NCBI GenBank assembly: GCA_944388755.1 | Contig: CALXJY010000004.1 | Coordinates: 563-64,562, forward strand | From: an uncultured Clostridia bacterium | GTDB taxonomy: Bacteria; Bacillota; Clostridia; TANB77; CAG-508 | Reading direction: 5' to 3' | DNA length: 64,000 nt | Part shown: positions 19,587-29,321 of the stretch, piece by piece | How positions within the stretch are numbered: position 1 is the stretch's first letter | How the letters are laid out: every line of letters begins with the position of its first letter | Program-made: the position numbers and the translations under genes | The notes under the pieces: generated by a model | The model's database searches: none | Told to the model about the DNA's origin: nothing | What the model saw: only the letters and a program-made list of their open reading frames with translations

Positions 19587-21086
19587 TTATATGCCCTCTT
19601 CTTCAGCATCAGGTTCTGTCTTTGGAAGACTTTCTTCACTTGGATTTACAGGTATTGTTTCATCTTCAAGTGTAAGAATTTTCTTTGTTACCAGCATTGT
19701 TACTAATGTGGTATATGCTGTTGGAGCAATTTTTCTGATAGTTTCCTTTAACTGCTCCACAAAGTTTTCAGTTTGTTCACTTACAGTATTTTCATCTTTA
19801 ACTGTTTTGTCTCCCAAGACTTTTTTGCCATATATGAAGGCACAAATTCCGAGAATTGCAACAATTCCTGCAAATACTCTTATCTTCTTCTGCTGTTTTT
19901 CATCTGACAAATCAATATTAAATTTTTCTTCAATAAACAGTTTAGCTAATTCAAGATATGTTGCTAGCTTAACCTGAATATCATCACTTATGTTCCAAAT
20001 TTTTTCAAAAATCTTGCTTTCTTTTTTTGGTCTATGCAAATTCACATAAACAAATATTACGCTTAAAGCAATCGGCAACATTTCTTCCATCTTCGGCTGA
20101 ATCCAGGAAAACTTTCTTGCTGTTTGATTAAGTTTACTCATTTCCTTGTCAACATCTTCTATTGCCATATCTCCTTCTTTAATTAGCTCTTTTTTGTCAT
20201 TTCCAAACACATTTCCAGCAATTTTTAAGGTTCCATAAGCTCCGGCAGAAATTCCACCAATAGTCATGAGTTCCTTAAGTGATTTCTTATTTTCCAATAT
20301 TTTAAGCTTAAATCCCAACTTTTTCTCACATTCTTCTGCGACATTGTTAACTGTGAGATCAAATTCTTTAGAGCTTAAAATCCGGTATGCTCCATATACT
20401 GTTACAACTGGTATAACCCACTGCAGTGTGGGTCTATATTTTTCTGCATATAATTTTACTGCTTCTAAATTTTCTTTTGGTGACCTTTCATATAACACAT
20501 CCTTAATTGTTAATTTTTTTGTTGTTTCATTTTTTGACATAGCTGTGTCCTCCTTTTTTTGTTGTATTACTTCTTCATGTTTTTCACCTTTATCAAACTC
20601 TAATATAAATTCCATTGGTATAGGATTTTTCGCCATTATTCTATGTTTTTCATATCCAAACCAACTAAAAAGATACCTTGCTATTGCACACCAACAGTTA
20701 TATTTACAATTTGCACAAGGAAATGAAAAAGGTTTGCTTTTGCATAATATATCACTTTTGCATAATATATCTACTGGAATACTTATTCTTATAGTATTTT
20801 TTAGTGGATCCTCTACTTTTTCTAATTTGTCAATTTCTATTTCTGCTCCAATATAGAAGATTCTTTCGCAGTGATAATTTAGCCATTTCACATATAATAG
20901 ATTTTGTGAGACATATATTGCCCATCGTATTTTCTCACTTGTTTTATAAGTGGATTCACTTTCATAAATAAGTGGGTATGCCTCATCATAACATTGCAGT
21001 TGTTTTCCTTTCACTTCCTTCCAGTCACGATCTAATGAACATTTAATTTTTGTTGGAGCTAACCGTAGAAGCTCATAATTCTCCAT
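19587..21086 (-). CDS. hypothetical protein with a Cys-rich N-terminal part and hydrophobic segments; visibly GC-richer than its surroundings
   Basis: 499-aa ORF with a PCANCKYNCWC cluster, an 18-bp tandem duplication (DILCKS x2) and two in-frame CGG codons. No family recognised. Confidence 0.5.
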   Translation of the reverse strand: MENYELLRLAPTKIKCSLDRDWKEVKGKQLQCYDEAYPLIYESESTYKTSEKIRWAIYVSQNLLYVKWLNYHCERIFYIGAEIEIDKLEKVEDPLKNTIRISIPVDILCKSDILCKSKPFSFPCANCKYNCWCAIARYLFSWFGYEKHRIMAKNPIPMEFILEFDKGEKHEEVIQQKKEDTAMSKNETTKKLTIKDVLYERSPKENLEAVKLYAEKYRPTLQWVIPVVTVYGAYRILSSKEFDLTVNNVAEECEKKLGFKLKILENKKSLKELMTIGGISAGAYGTLKIAGNVFGNDKKELIKEGDMAIEDVDKEMSKLNQTARKFSWIQPKMEEMLPIALSVIFVYVNLHRPKKESKIFEKIWNISDDIQVKLATYLELAKLFIEEKFNIDLSDEKQQKKIRVFAGIVAILGICAFIYGKKVLGDKTVKDENTVSEQTENFVEQLKETIRKIAPTAYTTLVTMLVTKKILTLEDETIPVNPSEESLPKTEPDAEEEGI

Positions 21087-21332
21087 TATGCTTATTTGTC
21101 TCCTCTCTTATTTTTAATGGCATAACATTACTAATAATTTCAATATCTCCTTTCTTTAATAGTATATTTAATGTTATATACTTTAAGTTTATCAAAGTAA
21201 GTCTCTCTTTGATATATTACACTAAATACCGGCTTTATTATATATTAAATTTACATAAAAGTCAACAAGTATTTTGTCAATTAAAAAAGTAGATAAAAAT
21301 TTATTGTATTTTTACCTACTCTTGTAGTACAA

Positions 21333-21518
21333 TTATTTCTTTTTCTTTTTCTTTTTAGATGTTTTATAAGTTATTCCATTTCCTATTGATATTGTTGCTG
21401 TCCCTCTTGAATTAATTGTCACTTTACCCAATTTTTGGCTTACTGAAATACCAGTTTTACTGATATTCAAAAAAGTGCCATCTCCTATTTTAATCCGTTT
21501 GCGATAACTAAATCCCAT
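21333..21518 (-). CDS. DUF4236 domain protein with a poly-lysine tail
   Basis: MGFSYRKRIKIGDGTFLNISKTGISVS..GKVTINSRG matches the DUF4236 pattern. Ends in K7. Contains an in-frame CGG. Confidence 0.6.
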   Translation of the reverse strand: MGFSYRKRIKIGDGTFLNISKTGISVSQKLGKVTINSRGTATISIGNGITYKTSKKKKKKK

Positions 21519-21711
21519 ATATCTGTCTCCTTTCAAAAAATAAATGTACTTGCTTCTCTCTTAGCACAAGAGAATTTTATAATTGCGAATATATTATACT
21601 ATATCATATTTTACATAAAATTGCAAACATTTTCATTTTATAACTGTAATAAAAAAAGAATATGTTTTTCCTAGCAAATTAAAGCTTTTAAAAATGTCTC
21701 TAATGTGGGAA

Positions 21712-24334
21712 TTATTTCATTTTTTCTTTTATTCTAACTAAAGTGTTTAGAGCATCAATAGGTGTTAATTCATTAAGATTGATTTTATCTATCTCGTGTG
21801 CAATTTCTGCCAATTTATAATTATACATATCAAACTGACCTTCAACTTGTTTTTTTTCTTTCTTTTCCATTTGTTTACCTGTTAATATGTTTTTTCTTTC
21901 AATATTTTTTAGAATTTCGTTTGCTTTTTGTGTTACTTGTTTTGGAACTCCAGCAAGTTTTGCTACATGTATACCATAACTTTCATCTGTTCCACCTCTT
22001 ACAATTTTGCGTAAAAATATAATATCTTCTCCCTTTTCTTTTACTGCTATAGAATAATTTTTTATGCCTTCTAATTGATTTTCAAGTTCTGTTAGCTCAT
22101 GATAATGTGTAGCAAATAATGTTTTTGCTCCACATTTTTCTTTATCTGCAATATATTCTGCAACTGCCCATGCAATTGATAGTCCATCATATGTGGATGT
22201 TCCCCTTCCTATTTCATCTAATATTATTAAACTATTTTGAGTTGCTTCTTTAAGTATAGATGCAACTTCCATCATTTCGACCATAAAAGTGCTTTGTCCC
22301 ATACTTAAATCATCTGATGCACCTACTCTTGTAAATATTTTATCTACTACTCCAATATGTGCTTCTTGTGAAGGTACAAAACTTCCAACTTGTGCCATTA
22401 ATGTTATTAAAGCTACTTGTCGCATATATGTGGATTTTCCTGCCATATTAGGTCCTGTTATTATTGATAATCTATTTTCATTTTTGTCTAAATATGTGTC
22501 ATTTTCTACAAATATACCTGCTCCTAACATTTTTTCAATTACAGGATGTCTACCTGCTTTTATATCTATAATCCCACTATTGTCCACTATTGGCATGCAA
22601 TAATTTAAGTCTTCTGCTACTATTGCAAATGATGTTAATACATCTAAAGTTGCTACAGCAGTTGCAGATATTTGTAATCTTTTTATATTTTTTGATATTT
22701 CTTCTCTAATTTGTACAAATGCATTATATTCTAAATTTACTACTTTTTCTTCAGCTCCTAAAATCTGATTTTCTAGATTTTTTAATTCTTCTGTTATAAA
22801 TCTTTCTGCATTTGTTAATGTTTGTTTTCTTATATATCTATCAGGTACTTGGCTTAAATTTGATTTTGTTACTTCTATGTAATATCCAAATACTTTATTA
22901 AATCCTACTTTTAGATTTTTTATTCCTGTTTTTTCCCTTTCTTCTGCTTCTAGATCTATTATCCAATTTTTACCTTGAGTTGTAGCAGTTTTTAATTTAT
23001 CTATTTCTTCATCATAACCTAGTTTTATTATATCTCCATCTTTTATTGTCATTGGTGGGTCATCTATAATTGCTTTCTCAATAAGTTCATATATGTCTTT
23101 TAATTCATCTATACTATTATATAATTCTGTTAGCATTACTGAATTACATTTAGATAGTGTTTGTTTTAAGTCAGGTAATTTTTGTAACGAATTTTTTAAT
23201 GTTATCATATCTCTTGCATTTGCATTTCCATATGCCATTTTGCCAGCTAATCTTTCTATGTCATAAACTTTTTTTAGATTTTCTGTTATATCTCCTCTTA
23301 ATATCATGTCATTTTTTAATTCTTTAACACTATTTAATCTTTTGTTTATTTCTGTTACATCTATTAATGGATCATTTAGCCATCTTCTAAGTAAACGTCC
23401 TCCCATTGATGTAGATGTTTTATCCAATACCCATAAAAGCGTTCCTTTTTTTGATTTATCTCTCATTTTCTCTGTTATTTCTAAGTTTCTTCTTGCATTT
23501 ATATCTAAAGACATATACTTTGATATTTGATATATTGTAATTTTATTTATATGATCCAAACTAGTCATTTGAGTTTGTTCTATATATTGTACTAATGCAT
23601 TTATACTGCTTATTGCTAGTTTTTTATCTGCTATATCTTCTATCTTTTTATTATTTGTGTCTGTTATATTAAATCTTAAATTTAAATTATCTAATTTATC
23701 ATCAAAATACTTATCTTCATAATTTGTTATGTAACAATCAAATCTCTCTTTTATTTTGGAGATTTCTTCTTCGCTATCTGACATCATTGTATTTATAACT
23801 AGTTCTGATGGATTATACCTTGCAATTTCATCTAATAATAAAGGAAAATTTTGATTATCTTTTATTTCTGCTGAATAAAATTCTCCTGTTGATATGTCAC
23901 ATATACTTATTCCGAAATATATTCCTGATTTAAATATTGACATTATATAATTATTTTTTCTTTCTTCTAGCATATTACTATCTATTACTGTACCGAGGTG
24001 TTATTACTTTTATAACTCCTCTTTTTACTATTCCTTTTGTTGTTTTTGGATCTTCTAGTTGTTCACATATTGCTACTTTATACCCTTTTGCAATTAATCT
24101 TGAGATATACATTTCTGCTGAATGATGTGGTACTCCTGCCATTGGTGCTCTTTCTTCTTGTCCACAGTCTTTTCCAGTTAATGTTATTTCTAGCTCCCTT
24201 GAAGCTGTTATTGCATCATCAAAAAACATTTCATAAAAATCACCTAATCGATAAAATAATATGCAATCTTTATATTGTTCTTTTGTTTCAAGATATCTTT
24301 GCATCATTGGTGAATATTCTGCTACTTTTGCCAT
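21712..24334 (-). CDS. mutS: DNA mismatch repair protein MutS, split by one extra nucleotide (+1 break at CGG 23993-23995)
   Basis: The ORF at 23978-24340 carries domain I ([27 protein letters not shown]..) and ends ..[12 protein letters not shown]. The ORF at 21712-23973 starts inside conserved ..[16 protein letters not shown]. Skipping base 23995 joins them as [15 protein letters not shown]. Walker A is GPNMAGKST. Confidence 0.9.
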
Positions 24335-24355
24335 ATTCAATCACATTCCTTACTT
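24332..24355. repeat. direct repeat copy 1 (catattcaatcacattccttactt) flanking the TA cassette
   Basis: 23 of 24 nt identical to 25030-25053. Contains the mutS ATG and the HEPN stop codon. Confidence 0.85.
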
Positions 24356-24745
24356 TTCTTCATATTTGTTTAATCTTTTAATAAGTTTTTCTATTTGATA
24401 AATATATTTTTCTTTTATCTCATTATATACTTGTCTAGATGTTTCTTCATCATATAAATGAGATAATGAATTTCTTGCAAGCATCATTTTTATCCATGTT
24501 TCTCCATCAGAAATCAAATCATGTGCATAGCTTTCTTTTATTACTTCTCTTGGACTTCCTGTATTTATTGTTACCCCTAAATATTCTAAATAATCCTTTA
24601 GAGTTTTCCACGCAAGTTCAAATGTAAATTCATATCTATGCAATACTCCATCTATTACTAAATCGCTTTCTTCTTCATTTAAAGCTTCTTTTAATCTGTT
24701 TGTAGCATTTATTAAATCTTTTTTTCTTTCTTCAAAACGCTTCAT
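24350..24745 (-). CDS. HI0074-family nucleotidyltransferase substrate-binding (HEPN, HepT-like) toxin
   Basis: ..IDGVLHRYEFTFELAWKTLKDYLEY..MMLARNSLSHLYDE.. includes the RxxxxH HEPN motif. Overlaps the MNT gene by 4 nt. Confidence 0.8.
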   Translation of the reverse strand: MKRFEERKKDLINATNRLKEALNEEESDLVIDGVLHRYEFTFELAWKTLKDYLEYLGVTINTGSPREVIKESYAHDLISDGETWIKMMLARNSLSHLYDEETSRQVYNEIKEKYIYQIEKLIKRLNKYEEK

Positions 24746-25032
24746 TTTATTTCAACACCTTCTTTTTTTATTTCATTTAAAAATTCTAGTTTGGTATTTG
24801 GATTTATGAATACTAAATCAATCTTATAGACTATATTTAATAAATCAAAACTATTTCTTATTTTGTATTCATCTTCTTTAGATACATTTTCAAAAACTGC
24901 AATATCAATATCAGAATTTTTTTTGTATGTATTTTTTGCTCTTGAACCAAATATTTTAAATTTATATTTTTGGTTTTCTTTTACTATTTTTATTATTTGA
25001 TTTAATGTTTCTTTAGATAATCCAAAATCCAT
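24742..25032 (-). CDS. minimal nucleotidyltransferase (MntA-like) antitoxin
   Basis: 96 aa with the FGSRAKNTYKKNSDIDIAV (GS..DxD) NTase motif. Upstream partner of the HEPN gene. Confidence 0.8.
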   Translation of the reverse strand: MDFGLSKETLNQIIKIVKENQKYKFKIFGSRAKNTYKKNSDIDIAVFENVSKEDEYKIRNSFDLLNIVYKIDLVFINPNTKLEFLNEIKKEGVEIK

Positions 25033-25053
25033 ATTTAATCACATTCCTTACTT
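25030..25053. repeat. direct repeat copy 2 (catatttaatcacattccttactt)
   Basis: Contains the last miaB codons with the stop and the MNT ATG. Confidence 0.85.
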
Positions 25054-26465
25054 ATTATTTCTCCTTTTAAATACCACATATGTTCTGATACTATTTTTAA
25101 ATCTATAATTTTATTAATCAGATCTTTACTACCTTCAAATATAACAACCTTGTTGCTGTCTGTTCTTCCTGTTAACATGTTCTTGTTATTTTTACTTGTA
25201 CCCTCTACTAATATTTTTTGAGTTGTTCCTATATATTTCTGATTATTTTCTTCAATTTGGCTTTCTACTAACTCTTTTAATTGATTAAATCTCTTATGTT
25301 TAGTTTCTTCTAATATTTGGTTTGGCATTTTATCTCCTGGTGTTCCAACTCTTCTTGAATAAATAAACATATATACTTGTTCAAATTTTACCTTTTTTAC
25401 AACATCTAAAGTGTCTTCAAATTCTTCTTCTGTTTCTCCTGGAAATCCAACTATTATATCTGTTGAAAGTGTTAGATTTGGTATTTTTTCTTTCATTTTC
25501 TCGACTAAATTTAAATATTGTTCTTTTGTATATTTTCTATTCATTTCTTTTAATACTTTTGTGTTTCCTGATTGTAAAGGTAAATGTATTAATTTACATA
25601 CTTTATCACAATTAGCTATTGCGTCAATTACATCATCTGTAAAATCTTTTGGGTGTGGTGAAACAAATCTAATCCTTTCTATTCCTTCTATTTTATTTAT
25701 TGCTTTTAATAATGTTGCAAATGAATTTACTCCTTCATATTCTTCAATTTTTTTTCCTTTTTCTTTTTCAACTTTTAAATAAGAATTAACATTTTGACCT
25801 AGTAAAGTTATTTCTTTATATCCTTGTTTTGCCAATTTTTTTACTTCTTCTATTATTGCTTTAGGTTCCCTGCTTCTTTCTCTTCCACGTACATATGGTA
25901 CAATACAATATGTGCAAAAATTGTTACATCCATTCATTATTGTTACTGATGCCTTAATATTGTTATTTCTTTTTACTAGGATATTTTCATAAATTTCTCC
26001 ATCTGTGTCTATTATGTCTTCTATTTTATTTTTTTCATTTATTGTTTTATATAGATCTTCTGGAAATTTATGTAATGTGTGTGTTCCAAATAAAATGTCT
26101 ACAAAAGGATAACTTTCTTTTATTTTATTTGTAATGTGTTTTTCTTGCATCATACATCCACCTATAGCTACTATTGAACCATTATTTTCCTTTATTTTTT
26201 TTAGTTCTCCTAATTTTCCAAATAGTCTGTCTTCTGCATTTTCTCTTACACAACATGTATTTATTATATTTAAATCTGCTTTTTTAGGATCTTCTACTCG
26301 AGTATATCCCATTTTTTCTACCATTCCACTTAATTTTTCTGAGTCATTTTCATTTAATTGACATCCCATTGTCAATATTGAATATTTATATTTCTTATTT
26401 TTTATTATTTCTTGTATTTTTTGTATGTATTTTTTTTGTTCTTCTATTTCATGCTTTGTATCCAT
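25035..26465 (-). CDS. miaB: tRNA (N6-isopentenyl adenosine(37)-C2)-methylthiotransferase MiaB
   Basis: YSILTMGCQLNENDSE, radical-SAM CNNFCTYCIVP, and a C-terminal TRAM domain. Confidence 0.9.
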   Translation of the reverse strand: MDTKHEIEEQKKYIQKIQEIIKNKKYKYSILTMGCQLNENDSEKLSGMVEKMGYTRVEDPKKADLNIINTCCVRENAEDRLFGKLGELKKIKENNGSIVAIGGCMMQEKHITNKIKESYPFVDILFGTHTLHKFPEDLYKTINEKNKIEDIIDTDGEIYENILVKRNNNIKASVTIMNGCNNFCTYCIVPYVRGRERSREPKAIIEEVKKLAKQGYKEITLLGQNVNSYLKVEKEKGKKIEEYEGVNSFATLLKAINKIEGIERIRFVSPHPKDFTDDVIDAIANCDKVCKLIHLPLQSGNTKVLKEMNRKYTKEQYLNLVEKMKEKIPNLTLSTDIIVGFPGETEEEFEDTLDVVKKVKFEQVYMFIYSRRVGTPGDKMPNQILEETKHKRFNQLKELVESQIEENNQKYIGTTQKILVEGTSKNNKNMLTGRTDSNKVVIFEGSKDLINKIIDLKIVSEHMWYLKGEIISKECD

Positions 26466-26511
26466 TTTTTTGCTCCTTCTTTTATTTCTTTCTTATTTTA
26501 CTACATTACAA

Positions 26512-26540
26512 CAAAAATAGCAAGAATATTTTCTTGCTTA
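26512..26540 (-). terminator. rho-independent terminator overlapping the dtd stop
   Basis: Stem agcaagaa/ttcttgct followed by a T-run on the minus strand. Near-identical to the stem at 60283-60305. Confidence 0.55.
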
Positions 26541-26996
26541 TTTTCTCATATATGGACAACTCTCTATAATAATTGTAACAGGTCCATTATTTATTAAACT
26601 CACTTGCATATCTGCTCCAAATATACCTTTCTCAACTTGGACTCTATATTCTTGCTCGCATGTCTCACAAAAATATTCATATAGTTTTTTTGCCATATCA
26701 GGTTTTCCTGCTTGTGTAAAAGATGGTCTATTACCTTCTTTACAATTTCCATATAAAGTAAATTGTGATACAATAAGTAACTTTCCTTTAACATCTTTTA
26801 AGCTTAAATTCATTTTTCCTTTTTCATCTTCAAAAATTCTTAAGTTACATACTTTTTTTGCTAAATAGTCGGCATCTTTCTTAGAGTCGAGATGTGTTAT
26901 TCCAACTAATACTAAAAAACCATTGTCTATTTCTCCTACTATTTTGTTTTCTACTTCTACCTTTGCTTTTTTTACTCTCTGAATTACTACTTTCAT
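26538..26996 (-). CDS. dtd: D-aminoacyl-tRNA deacylase
   Basis: [53 protein letters not shown]. Confidence 0.9.
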   Translation of the reverse strand: MKVVIQRVKKAKVEVENKIVGEIDNGFLVLVGITHLDSKKDADYLAKKVCNLRIFEDEKGKMNLSLKDVKGKLLIVSQFTLYGNCKEGNRPSFTQAGKPDMAKKLYEYFCETCEQEYRVQVEKGIFGADMQVSLINNGPVTIIIESCPYMRK

Positions 26997-27008
26997 ATTT
27001 TAAAATTC

Positions 27009-27536
27009 CTATTCTTCCTCTTCTATTTTTGTATCTTCATTAACATTTTCAGTATCAGGATTTATTTCTATTTCTGTTGTTTTTTCTAAGTTTTCTTGAT
27101 TATTATTATCTTTTTCTATATTCGAATCTACTTTTTCAAGTTTATCTAAAACTTCAACTTCTTTTGCTGGTTCTTCTTGTTTAGCTCCACATTCAGGGCA
27201 GAAATTCATGTTTTTATCTATCTCTTTATGGCAATTTCTGCACTGTTTTTTATCTTTTAGATCCATACATTGTTTTAAAATGTTTTCAATTTCTTCACTT
27301 AACATATCTATTTTAGTACATTGTTCTTCTAGTTCTTTTTCTATATCTATATTTTCTTTTCTAACATGTTTTTCATACACTTTTTTACCTATTTCTTCAT
27401 ATAAATCATTGATTTGTCCTTTTAGATCTCCCATTTTTAATTTAAGTTTTGTTTCTTTTGCAATTTTTCCAGTTTTGTCAGCTGTTATTTTATATGCTTC
27501 ACTTGCTTTTTTCCCTATTTTATCAAAAAATTCCAT
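27009..27536 (-). CDS. coiled-coil / zinc-ribbon domain protein
   Basis: The CRNCHKEIDKNMNFCPECG ribbon follows a coiled-coil N-terminus. The tail is acidic. Confidence 0.6.
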   Translation of the reverse strand: MEFFDKIGKKASEAYKITADKTGKIAKETKLKLKMGDLKGQINDLYEEIGKKVYEKHVRKENIDIEKELEEQCTKIDMLSEEIENILKQCMDLKDKKQCRNCHKEIDKNMNFCPECGAKQEEPAKEVEVLDKLEKVDSNIEKDNNNQENLEKTTEIEINPDTENVNEDTKIEEEE

Positions 27537-27600
27537 TTATTATACCTCCTCTTTTTATTATTATTTCTATATATTTATTTTTTATACACTGTTTTATGAA

Positions 27601-28587
27601 TTATATTTCAGATTTTTTTTCTCTTGTCATTAGATTTTTTACAGCTTCTTTTGGAGATAGATTATTGTAAATTACATTATATACTGTTTCTACAATAGGC
27701 ATATATACATGATTTAGTTTTCCTAATTCATATGCTACTTCTATATTATCTATACTTTCTATTACCATTCCGACTTCACTTTTTGCTTCTTCTAATGTTT
27801 TTCCTTGTCCAATTAGTTTTCCAGCTCTTCTATTTCTACTATGTTCACTTAAACATGTTACAATTAAGTCCCCTAAACCACTAAGTCCATAAAAAGTATC
27901 TTTTTCTCCTCCTAATGCAATTCCAAGTCTTGTAAGTTCAACCAATCCTCTTGTAATCAGAGCCGCAAAGGTGTTGTCTCCTAATCCTATTCCTGCCGCA
28001 ACTCCTGCGCAAAATGCAATAATATTTTTTAATGCTCCTCCTAATTCTACTCCTTTTACATCTGTAGATGTATAAATTCTCATTTCATCACACATAAATA
28101 CATCTTGTATCATTTTTTGTATTTCAGGGTGTTTAGAGGCTATAACTAATGCTGTTGGAACTGCCACAGATACTTCTTCTGCATGGCTTGGTCCTGATAG
28201 CACACCAATTTTTGCATTTGGCATTTCTTCTAATATCACTTCATCTAAAGTTTTTAATGTTTCTTTTTCAAAACCTTTGGAACATATTATAATTGGTCTG
28301 TTTCCTACATATTGTTTATATTGTTTAAATATATTTCTAGTAAATTTAGATGGAGTTACATGTATTATAAATTCACTTTCTTTTATTACATATTCAAAAT
28401 CTTCTGAACACTCTATATTATCAGGCAAAGTTAAATTTGGCAAAAATTTACATTTTTTTTCATTATTAATTAGGTCCATTTCTTCTTTTGCAAATGACCA
28501 TATTTTTACATTATTTCCACATCTTGCTAAATGTGTAGCTAATGCCACACCCCAGCTTCCACTTCCAATTATAGCTATATTTTTCAC
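27601..28587 (-). CDS. gpsA: NAD(P)H-dependent glycerol-3-phosphate dehydrogenase
   Basis: IAIIGSGSWGVALA..SKGFE..GPSHAEEV..GALKNIIA. Confidence 0.92.
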   Translation of the reverse strand: MKNIAIIGSGSWGVALATHLARCGNNVKIWSFAKEEMDLINNEKKCKFLPNLTLPDNIECSEDFEYVIKESEFIIHVTPSKFTRNIFKQYKQYVGNRPIIICSKGFEKETLKTLDEVILEEMPNAKIGVLSGPSHAEEVSVAVPTALVIASKHPEIQKMIQDVFMCDEMRIYTSTDVKGVELGGALKNIIAFCAGVAAGIGLGDNTFAALITRGLVELTRLGIALGGEKDTFYGLSGLGDLIVTCLSEHSRNRRAGKLIGQGKTLEEAKSEVGMVIESIDNIEVAYELGKLNHVYMPIVETVYNVIYNNLSPKEAVKNLMTREKKSEI

Positions 28588-28600
28588 TTGTATAAACCTC

Positions 28601-29239
28601 CTATTTTTTTAATGATATTCTATTTTCTGTTCCATTTAGCATTCTTTTTATATTTTCTCTGTGATTATATAAAACAATTATTGCTAAAATTATACTATAT
28701 ATAAAATATCCACTACCATCTTCTACAATAAAATGTTGTTTTATAAATAGTGTAAGTACTGGAAATAAGATTGCAGCAGCACATGATCCTAAAGAAACCA
28801 TTTGAGTTAGTATAATTAAGACTAATGCAAATACTAGGCATATTAGTCCAATTTGCCAATTTGTCATAAGTAAAATTCCCAAAGATGTTGCTACACCTTT
28901 TCCTCCTTTAAATCCAAAGAAAATCGGGAATGTATGTCCTATAACCACTGCTACTCCAGCAATCTGCACTAGTAATGCTTTATCTGAAACTTTAAATATT
29001 GATCCTATAGCAATTGCAATAAGTATTGCTACAACACCTTTTAATATATCACATAAAAGTGTTAATGCTGCTGCTCCTTTTCCAACAGATCTTAACATAT
29101 TTGTGCTTCCAGCATTTCCACTTCCTTTTTCTCTAACATCAAATCCTGCAATTTTTTTACTAAAAATAACTGAAAAATTTACACTTCCTACTAAATATGC
29201 AACTATAGCTGTAATGATGTTTATAACCATTTTACTCAC
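28601..29239 (-). CDS. plsY: glycerol-3-phosphate acyltransferase PlsY
   Basis: GSGNAGSTNMLR..GHTFPIFFGFKGGKGVAT in a multi-TM protein. Adjacent to gpsA and der. Confidence 0.9.
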   Translation of the reverse strand: MSKMVINIITAIVAYLVGSVNFSVIFSKKIAGFDVREKGSGNAGSTNMLRSVGKGAAALTLLCDILKGVVAILIAIAIGSIFKVSDKALLVQIAGVAVVIGHTFPIFFGFKGGKGVATSLGILLMTNWQIGLICLVFALVLIILTQMVSLGSCAAAILFPVLTLFIKQHFIVEDGSGYFIYSIILAIIVLYNHRENIKRMLNGTENRISLKK

Positions 29240-29321
29240 TTTCCTTTCCTAGGTTTTAGTTTGACAATGCCACATTCTTATGGCTTTATCAACTTATTTA
29301 TTTTTTCATATCTTTGTTTTT

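Noticed and set aside
26600-26794. 64-aa minus-strand ORF inside dtd
   Set aside because: It is an out-of-frame ORF fully nested in the well-conserved dtd gene.
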